Positions 54,112 to 64,000 of a stretch of DNA of 64,000 bases are shown here, one piece after another; positions within the stretch are counted from its first letter, which is position 1, and every line of letters begins with the position of its first letter. The stretch is from Macrostomum lignano (lineage: Eukaryota). The notes beneath the pieces are model-generated. The model did no database searches. It was not told where the DNA came from and saw nothing but the letters and a program-made list of their open reading frames with translations. The stretch covers positions 744,001 through 808,000 of the forward strand of contig NIVC01000130.1 of NCBI GenBank assembly GCA_002269645.1, in the 5' to 3' direction. Made by a program: the position numbers and the translations under genes.

Positions 54112-54384
54112 ATGTCGCTCAGCATGAAAGCAATATTTTTGCTGGCGCTCCTTGACCTACATGCAGCGCTCCCAACGGCAGTGTCTGCTGGGCCGCTATT
54201 CCCGTCAAAGAAGTTTCTAATTGCTTCTAGCAGTGACAGCATCACCAAGCGATTCTTCAACCCGCGTGCCGGTAGGAACCGCTTTCTAACCTCGTCGGTG
54301 CTAACATTTCAACACTGGCGCCGACCCGTGTCGAGGGAGAACGGACAGACGTGGAGGGCTGGAAGCCTTTTCAGATATGGATGA
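54112..54384 (+). CDS. Neuropeptide precursor, 90 aa; amidated ...GSLFRY-NH2 (NKY/sNPF/LFRFamide-like)
   Basis: Signal peptide MSLSMKAIFLLALLDLHAALPTAVSA; KK and KR cleavage sites; C-terminal Gly directly before TGA TGA. Confidence 0.75.
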   Translation: MSLSMKAIFLLALLDLHAALPTAVSAGPLFPSKKFLIASSSDSITKRFFNPRAGRNRFLTSSVLTFQHWRRPVSRENGQTWRAGSLFRYG

Positions 54385-54764
54385 TGACAGCCAGGATTCC
54401 TGATCGATATGCTTTATGACCTACTCAACTATAAAAGAACTCTGACAGTCTGGTTTTAATTAGCTAATGATATTCGTTAAAATATACAGACCTACATGCA
54501 CAAAACTGCAACTATATAATGATTTTGTTCAGACAGGCACGCACACAGTAATGAATAGCAAACACTTATTTAATCATGCATTAAGCTTCCGGCGGTTTAC
54601 CCACTAATCGGAATTTCGCTTAAACTCTGTTCGATTGCCGGCTTTCGGTAGCATTTCATAAAAAAGATAAATGTAGCTCGAGAATTTGGAAGGCCATGCA
54701 GAAGGTGGAATATTCCGAATTCACTGTTGAAAAACTGAAAACTTTCTATAATAACTCGCTAAGA

Positions 54765-55030
54765 GGCGCCGTAGCCCAGTGGTCTAGTGCGGCGCTCTGA
54801 TGTGCCAGCGGCCCAGGCTCGATTCCAAGTGCAGTCACATTAGTTTGGGGCTAAATCAGATTCTCGGCGTGGCTCTGCTCGTGCAATTAACGTCATTAAG
54901 GCCCAACCCCCAAGGCACAGTGAAGTGTACATTCCTGACGATAAATAAAGTTAGGGCCGCTGTACACTCCTGTGTGAGTGTGTGCCTGTGCGTATGACTG
55001 CGTACGTATCCGCGTGCTTGTGTGCCTGCT
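54765..55030 (+). mobile_element. Probable second tRNA-derived SINE family
   Basis: A-box TAGCCCAGTGG and B-box-like GGCTCGATTCC, followed by a non-tRNA body and a TG-rich tail; single copy in the window. Confidence 0.45.
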
Positions 55031-55733
55031 CAGGGGAGTCGGCGGAATAGGCAGCAATGCCTCTCGCCGGTTGTGTGGCTTTGATAAAAAATATCTCTAA
55101 TAAATTTTGCAACACTGCGAGATGAACAAGTGTCTTTTCAAGTAAGACAATTAACGATTGTACATGTACAAAGTCAGGCAAGATCTCCGTCGCTCTCCGC
55201 TTGTGTGGTGCTGCCGTGCCGCCGTATGATAGTCTTTTGTAGCACTTGCTGCAAAGTTTCTTTGTTCTTTTTTTATGTAGACGACTTGCATAGCTGTGCG
55301 AACGAGCTTAGTTTTCAGCTTTTCTTCCTTCGGTTTTGACAAGCAGGCGACGATGTAAAACGTAGATGAAATGCCGCTTGTAGAATGTGTTCGGAATTAT
55401 AATTAGTTCTTCAAGGCCAACAGGATATGATAATAACGTACTCTATAGGAAAACTCGTTGGCAGGCACTTAATGACGAAAATGAATCGAAAACTAATGAT
55501 ATTTCCATTTGCATTTTCAATAGCTAACGAATGGGCAATATGTCGGCGTTACATATTATGATCAACATATTTTCTCTATAAAGTACATATTGTTTTTATT
55601 GTCAGGCAAAGCGAACAAATCAACTGACAAGCTTTTTTGTGTCAAAACGCATGAAGGTTTGATTTCTAATTATTCACCTCGTTATGCTTAGTACTTTCCT
55701 TCAGAAGTCCTTAGTTGCACGGCTGAATCGAGG

Positions 55734-58700
55734 TCAAGGTATGGTCACCTGAACCCGTTTAACAGACATTCGCTTATTGGAAATTGCTGTGCTGTTATGA
55801 GATCCGGCAGTTTGGCTGGCAACAGTCCCGGTGTCGACAACTCTGAAGCCGGATCGCTTCGCCGAGTCGAGCTCTTGGTCGCGATGCCGCAGAACAGTCA
55901 GCAGGTCGTCGCTTAGATGACAGCCGGCCAGCTCCCCAGCCGATGGAAGGCCAAGAGGCAGGTTGAGAGTCACCAGCGAGTAGGCCCGACTGCCCAGGGT
56001 GCACAACAGGCCGGCGGCCAGCTGCAGCACCCGACTGTGACAGGTCAGCGGGGGCAGACGGGCACCGGCGAGCTGTGTGGGTGAAGGCCGACAATCAAGT
56101 TGAGAATGCGATTGTGCAACTGTCAGTCAATTATCAATTAAGCACTCACTCACTAACTCAGTTACTCACTCACTCACTCACTCACTCATTCATTCACTCA
56201 CTCACTCACTCACTCACTCATTCACTCCCTCATTCATTCAATCCCTCATTCATTCACTCACTCACTCATTCACTCATTCATTCAATCCCTCATTCATTCA
56301 ATCCCTCATTCATTCACTCACTCACTCACTCACTCATTCATTCAATCCCTCATTCATTCAATCCCTCATTCATTCACTCTCTCATTCATTCACTCCCTCA
56401 TTCGTCATTCACTCACTCACTCACTCACTCATTCACTCACTCATTCATTCACTCCCTCATTCGTCATTCACTCACTTACTCACTCAATCACTCATTCACT
56501 CACCTGAGCGCCCTGTCGCGCAACCAGAGCGGCCTTGAGCGAGTGTCCCAGCAGCAGGCAGAGATCGGAGCCGGGCTCCAGGGCTGAGCAGCGGCCGCAC
56601 AAATCCACCAGGCATCGAAGACGCCGCAGTGAAGGCTCGACTGGCGGCTCTAGGAACGGCGCCGACGAACAGCTTGGCGCGGTGGCATCCTTCGTAGCCG
56701 TTGTCGAATCTGCCGTCGTCGGGACCTGCCGCTGCTGCACCGCTAGCCGGCGACAAGCCAAGCAGCAGGCGGCATCGCGGTCAAGCATCAGCACCTGGCA
56801 GCGACGCGAGTGCCGACGCCTGCCGCCGCTGCCACTGACACCGCCGCACAGGGAAAGGTCGGGCAGCTCGCCGAGCAGGCATCGCAGATAAACGCAGGCA
56901 ATCTCGGCGACGGCTGCCGGCAGCGGCACCGTCAGGGAGGCGTCGGAGCCAGAATCGGTCGACAGTCGCAACTCGACATAGTCGGCCACGCTCCCGCCGA
57001 GGTGCAGCCGGACAACCGGACAGCGCTCGGACAGTCTCGGCCGAAGCTCGACAACAGATCCGTCTAGGGCGACCAGTGGACTTTGGAAATCGGCGGAGAC
57101 CAGCCGATCCGGGAACAGGCGGCAGCCGGGGCCGAAAGCCAAACCCGACGTTGACGTCGCTGAGCAGTCGGTCGAGTGCCGATCCCAGACGTTGTCGGGC
57201 AAGTCAAGTAGCCGGTCGGCGAGGCGGCGTTCCAAATCGGTTCGAGAGGCGGCATGCAGACCGGCTGAGAAGCTCCGCGCCAACTGGATGCGTCGACGGC
57301 GCCGCTGCTCAGACAGAAGCGAAGCTTCGAGCGAGTCAGCTGACAGCGAAACTGGCGGCTGCGGTGGCGGCGGCGCTGGCACCTGCGGCAATTTGAACAG
57401 AGGTTCGCATGTACTTTTGAATTAATTGCTGCCTGAGCAAATAGCCGACACTTGAGGTTCGATTGATCCCATTGTGCCAGGCCTGTCTGTCACTGCATTG
57501 TGTCTCTATAATCACTCTATTGCGTCTCTATTATCACTCCATTGCGTCTCTATAATCACTCCATTGCGTCTCTATTATCACTCCATTGCGTCTCTATTAT
57601 CACTCCATTGCGTCTCTATTATCACTCCATTGCGTCTCTATAATCACTCCATTGCGTCTCTATTATCACTCCATTGCGTCTCTATTATCACTCCATTGTT
57701 TCTATTATCACTCCATTGCGTCTCTATTATCACTCCATTGCGTCTCTATAATCACTCCATTGCGTCTCTATTATCACTCCATTGCGTCTCTATAATCACT
57801 CCATTGCGTCTCTATTATCACTCCATTGCGTCTCTATTATCACTCCATTGCGTCTCTATTATCACTCCATTGCGTCTCTATAATCACTCCATTGCGTCTC
57901 TATTATCACTCCATTGCGTCTCTATTATCACTCCATTGTTTCTATTATCACTCCATTGCGTCTCTATAATCACTCCATTATGTCTCTATAATCACTCCAT
58001 TATGTCTCTATAATCACTCCATTGCGTCTCTATTATCACTCCATTGTTTCTATTATCACTCCATTGCGTCTCTATAATCACTCCATTGTCTCTATTGTCA
58101 CTCCATTGTGTCTCTATTATCACTCAATTATGTCTCTATAATCACTCCATTGTTTCTATTATCACTCCATTGTTTCTATTATCACTCCATTGCGTCTCTA
58201 TAATCACTCCATTATGTCTCTATTGTCACTCCGTCTCCATTGCAACTCAATTTAACCCATACGACTCACCCCGCTGGACGGCAATTCGGCAAAATAGCCA
58301 CCAACTTCGTCGTCATCAACATCCAATTTACTACTACTAAGTAGGCTATTATCTTTCTCGTTAGCGTCTTTAGCTTCGCCAGCCAGCTGTTGCTCGATGG
58401 CCAAGCTGCCGCCGCCAATCAGATTTGAGTGACAGCGCCGACAAGCGAAGTGAAAGACTGTAGCGCTGGTTGCACTGCCGGATTCCAATTCGAGAGCGTC
58501 GACATGAGCGCAACTGGAGCACAGGCGGACTGAGGAGCCGCCGGCGCCACTGCAGTCGTTTAGAAACAGGCCGCTAGGCGCCGGCACGCTGTGCCTGATG
58601 CAGGCCACACCGTAGGTTAAGCAGCTGCACTTGCACAGCAGGCAGACGCGGGCCTCTGGGGCGGGCGCGGGGCCCGGCCCGTGCGAGGCGGCCAGCTCGC

Positions 58701-59865
58701 AACCCGCGGCTGCGGCGGCTGCGTGCCCGGCGCAAACGGAGTCCAGGGCGCCGCTGCCCGGCCGGAGCTCGTACAGGCCGCAACGGAGCTTGCAGAGAGG
58801 CACCTGCGGTTATTGGGACAGATTGTTAACCATTCCGAGGATCTGGGAGGCGGGTGGCCCAGCAACTGAGGATCTGGGAGGCTGGTGGCCCAACAACTGA
58901 GGGTCTGGGAGGCTGGCCCAGCAACTGAGGATCTGGGAGGCTGGTGGCCCAGCAATTGAGGGTCTGGGAGGCTGGTGGCTCCGCAACTGAGGATCTGGGA
59001 GGCTGGCCCAGCAATTGAGGGTCTGGGAGGCTGGCCCAACAACTAAGGATCTGGGAGGCTGGCCCAGCAACTGACATTCTGGGAGGCTGGCCCAGCAACT
59101 GACATTCTGGGAGGCTGGCCCAGCAATTGAGGGTCTGGGAGGCTGGCCCAACAACTAAGGATCTGGGAGGCTGGCCCAGCAACTGACATTCTGGGAGGCT
59201 GGCCCAGCAACTGACATTCTGAAAGGCTGGCCCAGCAACTGACATTCTGGGAGGCTGGCCCAGCAATTGAGGGTCTGGGAGGCTGGCCCAACAACTAAGG
59301 ATCTGGGAGGCTGGCCCAGCAACTGACATTCTGGGAGGCTGGCCCAGCAACTGACATTCTGGGAGGCTGGCCCAGCAATTGAGGGTCTGGGAGGCTGGCC
59401 CAACAACTAAGGATCTGGGAGGCTGGCCCAGCAACTGATGATCTGGGAGGCTGGGATAGTACACAGTACTAAGATAGTAGCTTAAGCCTCTAGACGAGCA
59501 ATTCGACAAAACTAACAATAACAGCTTTAGCAAATCACGCATCTTTGACCACTTTTGACCCCTCACACCTTCGCAGGCCCGCTCAGCTCAACTGTGCAGC
59601 CGGCAATGCAGCAGTTCTGCTTCCTGTCCAGCTCAGACTCCAGCTGGAACCCGCCCAAGCACTGCCCCAGCTGAACTGACCACTCAGTGGCCACAACTTC
59701 TTGACAGTCTTCCTCGTCGCTAGAGTCTTCGCTGCTTTTTCGGCCAGACTGGCCAGCCAAAGGCAGTCCAAAAACTTCAAGCCGCGGTCGTTTCATTGGG
59801 CCCTTGGGTCGGCCGCGACACAGGAGTCGCCTTTTCTTAGCTTTTCTCTTGGCAATTGGAGGCAT
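55734..59865 (-). CDS. 4-exon, about 682-aa nuclear protein with Cys-rich domains and a P-element-transposase-like C-terminal region; exons 59569-59865, 58270-58803, 56504-57382, 55734-56072
   Basis: All phase-0 GT-AG junctions are in frame. Basic NLS/AT-hook-like KRKAKKRR...RGRPK; CxxC clusters and FHFAC; HSRRC...CLAC; LGSRAYSLV...LGLPS. The gene structure is well supported, the homology is tentative. Confidence 0.7.
56143..56502. repeat. (TCAC/TCAT)n repeat filling an intron
   Basis: Seen directly. Confidence 0.95.
57500..58235. repeat. 22-bp repeat CTATTATCACTCCATTGCGTCT
   Basis: Seen directly. Confidence 0.95.
58835..59455. repeat. 28-bp repeat CTGGCCCAGCAACTGA(GGAT/CATT)CTGGGAGG
   Basis: Seen directly. 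Confidence 0.95.
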
Positions 59866-61644
59866 CCCGTCCTTATGAGCACTGAAGGAGGCAGGCAACA
59901 CTTTATAAGCACAATCTCTGAAATTACACCAGCCTTGCCACTCACCACCGATTTCTTTGTGCAACTTGATTTGGTTTCTTAATTTTGATTTCATTTTTGC
60001 TTACCTGTGCCACTTTCTTAGTATTCAATTTTGAAACTTATCCTTACAAATTATTATCTTATTTACTTACTCTTATCATCATATATCAACTTAGACTAAA
60101 TCTCTTTTAAATCTATCTATCTGTATAGGATGCTTCACAGACTGAAAGCCTCAACAAATCTTTATTGCATTTTCACCAAAAAATTCAAATCTCTTAAGGA
60201 TTATATAGTAAAATTTTTGTTTCTATGTTTCAATGCAAATAAAATACTAATTGTTATTGAATTAGAATAAGAATCTAAATCCCAATATAAAAATCCTGAC
60301 TATCCTAGTAAAATTTGTACTTCTACACCTGTTTGACACCAAAAATCAATACTATATACCCCTATTACTTTTTATCATTTAAAAAATTCTTTAGACTAAT
60401 GCAGGCTAGATTGAATTATGGTTACATAAAAAGATAAAATTCAAATAAAAATCTTTTTTACCTTATAAAGCAAAATTCAAAACAACTGATAGAAAATAGC
60501 CAAATATTTAGAAAACATCAAATATATAACCTTGAAGCAAACAAGTAATTTAATTAATTTATTTTAAAGTTACCCTTATATAGTAACTTAAATTATATTA
60601 ACTCCCTTGGGTGTCTCATAATGTATCTAATTTAGAGATGCGACAAAATATTTTTGAACCAATTTGATTCAATTTGAAAATCTAATAGAACTGCTGATTT
60701 TAATAACAAATATAAATATTTCAGCCTAGGCCCCCCTATCCTATTACTTATCAATCTCTTGCCAGTAACACTAATTGATAGTTAAAATGAATTCATTCTA
60801 CACAAATTGCTATCGAAGTGATTAAATATGGACTGACTTTCATTTTCTGTTTATAAGTAGAATATATATAAAGGAATAGTGATAAAAAATTTATTCATAA
60901 AGATAGAAAGTTCAACATTTTTTGCATGTTGCTTTGTTGTTTCCATTTTCTTAAAAACTGCTACATAAGGGAGCACTTTGATAAAGCCATGAATTGCAAT
61001 GATTAAACCTGTGTGGAAATTAGAAACTGCTCCAATGCAGCTAACTGATAAGACCCAACTAAGGTAAATTACCAAAATAGCAAATGCCCATCTTAAAATA
61101 TAGACAAATGTCAAATGTACTAATTAGATAACTAATATAAATAAATAAATATATAAATAATAAATAAATAAGACATTTATAGTTACTCTTGCTGTTTATC
61201 CAAAATTGCATTAATTTTTTTTATGGTTTTTTCATGACATAGGCCTAGGTAGGCCTAAGTAGATTTTTTGGTAGAAAAGTAATGTCATATAGCTAGTGTA
61301 AATAACAGGTAGAAGGTAGAAAAAATTTATAAAATCAATCATATAAAACAAACATTTCACTTTTGCCTAAAGTTTTGGTATATATTAGATGATATATAAT
61401 GCCTAATATTTTAATAACATTCACCAATTAGAATCCATACCATAGCATATTGGCTTAACAACATACATACATGCGCAATCTCCTGATTTACACTAGTGTT
61501 ATTTATGACAGACTAGGGCACATTCCTATTACATGTAAATATAGTAGGCTGAGCTTGCTGAAGTTGCCAAGGCCTGAGGCCATTATATAGGCCTAGGGAT
61601 CAGGTATTGGCTTTTAGTGTCATCAGGCCCGCGCTATTCGTAAC

Positions 61645-62341
61645 CAAGGACGACTTAAGTAGAAGGACTGGAAACCTCGTTTCTTAGAAAAGTTTTGAAG
61701 GCACTTTTTCCCGAAAAAATACACTACGGAGATAGGAAATTTTCATTTTTTCAGCACAAAAATTGCTATTACTTTTGATAGGAGGCAGATCCAGTGCTCA
61801 TCTTCTGATATGTTGTGCCTTTTTTATTGCTCTATCGATATTTATAAAGCTTTTAGTTCAGAAAATTAGGATTCTATGTAAATTTTTTTTTCTTTGTATA
61901 TTTTCACGTGTCTTGTGATTGAAATACATTAGAATGCCACGGCTCGGCTCTTTGGTTTTAGAAGTCTATTTTATCATTCTTAACTGACTGTTTAGCAAAT
62001 ATTCGTAACAGAGATGATAAAACAGGTTCATAAAAGCAAATATTGGAGCTGTGTCATGCATTTTTGTGATTTTCAGATACAGGAAATGTACGTAGAATAA
62101 AAAATTGACATATAATCCTAATTTCTGAACGAAAAGCTTTATAAATATCGATAGAGCAATAAAAAAGGCACAACATATCAAAAGATGAGCACTGGATCTG
62201 CCTCGTATCAAAAGTAATAGCAATTTTTGTGCTAAAAAAATGAAAATTTCCTATCTCCGTAGTGTATTTTTTCGGGAAAAAGTGCCTTCAAAACTTTTCT
62301 AAGAAACGAGGTTTCCAGTCCTTCTACTTAAGTCGTCCTTG
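61645..62341. mobile_element. Non-autonomous DNA transposon, 697 bp; about 240-bp TIRs with CAAGG...CCTTG ends; 8-bp TSD TTCGTAAC (hAT- or P-type)
   Basis: Arms about 61645-61885 and 62100-62341 are near-perfect reverse complements; TTCGTAAC occurs at 61637-61644 and 62342-62349. Confidence 0.9.
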
Positions 62342-63260
62342 TTCGTAACTCGTGGTCGTGATCAATCATTTAAAACTGCAATAGCAGGAAAGTTCACGAC
62401 CCCGATACGTGTTAATAAAAGCATAAATTTTATGAAATAGGCTATTTTTATTTTGGATTGATTCATAAGTGCATTTAAAAATAGACTGTTGTTTATTTAT
62501 GTGAATCCAATCGTTTCCCGTGAAACAACAATTTTAATTGTGCCTAGGTTATGTGATTTTTATTATTAGTTTGTTTCGTGAACTTTTTTACGGGCGAGTC
62601 AGGACTACTAAAGTTCCTTTAAAGCGAGCCTCGAGACTCGAGTATTTCTCGGAGAAACAGTATGATTCGAGAAGTGAAGGGCGATTACTGGACTTATATA
62701 ATAAGTTTTTGATTCATTTTATTTTTAAGATTGGTTTCAAATCTAGATCACAGGTCATTTCATCGTGAATAGTGATTACTGTCACTGATTTTAGTCTATT
62801 ATTATTTTTTTGCTCTTTAAAGCAATTAGAATACTGTGTGCTTTAAGGATCAAGATGCTTAAATACTTTAACTTATCTGACTTCTCTGGATTTATGATTA
62901 TGTTTTAGATAGGTTACATGGTTTGATGATCATACATAAAAAACTTTTTGTTTTGAGGCATGTTAAAAAGTAAGGCAAAAAGACAAATAAATATATTCTA
63001 AAATAAATTTATTTAAAATTTCTGTGCTAAAGATCATGTTCTACCGAAAGGGCTTAAAAATTACTTACAAATTCCTGCATAAATTAAAATTAGCTTGTTT
63101 TTATGTCATAATATAGCAACAATCAGCACAACAATACATAGAAATAATATTAATAAGTAGCTATTCTATCGACTTTTTTCATACACTGTTATCTTAGTAA
63201 ATTACATGTACCAAGTTCATTTAAAAAATCTATCAAAACAATTTTTCAGACTAGTCGCGC

Positions 63261-63980
63261 ATGGACGACCAATCGTCCGAGACTGTGCAGCCGCAGGCAG
63301 AGTCCGGTGCATTTTTTCTAACCAATGCCGAAAGTGACGAAAATGCACCGACGGTACAGACGGAAGGCAAAAATAGCGACGCTGAAGAGCTTGAAGAATC
63401 TAAGGAAGAGTTGTTGGCGTCCAACGATGATCAACAGGAGGAAGAATCCATTACAAACGACACCGCGTGTGCAGCAGAGAATCCGGAAGCAAAAGACAAC
63501 CAGGAACAACCAGAAGCTACTGAGAACCAAAATCAACCAGAAACAAACGAAGTCGCCCACGAGGACGTTGACCCGGAGGCAGACGCGAACGATATTTCAT
63601 CAACAACTGCCGACGCAAAAGACCAGCAATTGCCCGAGCAATCAGCTGACAGCCCTGCAAAAGAAACGGAAAAGTCCCAACCAAAAACCCAGCGAAAAAA
63701 GAAGAAGACAAAAATCGGCAAAGCCTCAAAGCCGAAAGCTGCGCCAGTTCGGCAGATTCGCTCCAAGTCTGCCGAGCCAATCGTAAAAAGCAAAACCGAC
63801 AAAAAGACAAGTGTTGCCACCAAAGCCAACAAAAACGACGATAAAGCAACGATTAAAAAGAAACCGGAGCAAGAAAAGCCTCAGGCGGGCAAAGATTCAA
63901 AAACCGAAGCGCGCCACGTGTCGTTCGAGACGCCCCGGCAAAGATCAAAGTCGGTAGTCATTCCGCCTGTCAGCAATCAG
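63261..63980 (+). CDS. First coding exon (240 codons) of an unknown low-complexity protein; gene continues past the window
   Basis: tttttcag acceptor at 63249, ATG at 63261, no stop, CAG|GTATAT donor. Acidic first half, Lys-rich second half. It is missing from the ORF track because the frame has no stop before the window ends. Confidence 0.8.
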
Positions 63981-64000
63981 GTATATATAATAGTGTATGA

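Noticed and set aside
55151-55342. Additional exon of the Cys-rich gene
   Set aside because: No convincing acceptor, and exon 4 already ends at a stop; possible but unsupported.
60851-61114. Hydrophobic 87-aa ORF, and similar ORFs at 61966 and 62538
   Set aside because: AT-rich DNA yields hydrophobic ORFs by chance; no splice or motif support; 61966 lies inside the TIR element.

Overview
Eukaryotic, intron-rich and microsatellite-rich DNA. The GC-rich exons with poly-Ala runs and introns filled by tandem repeats suggest an invertebrate such as a free-living flatworm (Macrostomum-like); this is inference, not proven. The minus strand from about 31.8 kb to beyond base 1 carries the 5' part of a T-type calcium channel (Cav3) gene. 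I could assemble 19 coding exons with consistent phases, from the N-terminus to domain III S1, and its first coding intron is a 6.2-kb U12-type AT-AC intron. Further right lie an orphan type I membrane protein gene (+), Suppressor-APC/SAPCD-like exons (+), a tyramine/octopamine-type aminergic GPCR (-), a small amidated neuropeptide precursor ending in SLFRYG-stop (+), a 4-exon nuclear-protein gene with a P-element-transposase-like C-terminus (-), and the first exon of an acidic/basic low-complexity protein (+) that runs off the right end. Mobile DNA includes tRNA-headed SINEs, a 697-bp long-TIR element with an 8-bp target-site duplication, and smaller palindromes. About 25 tandem arrays explain nearly all long ORFs in the supplied track. 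There is no CRISPR array, rRNA or real tRNA gene. No wholly new system is demonstrable. The best leads are the architecture around the U12 intron, the neuropeptide, the transposase-derived gene and the orphan membrane protein. All homology calls are from motif recognition; no database searches were run.
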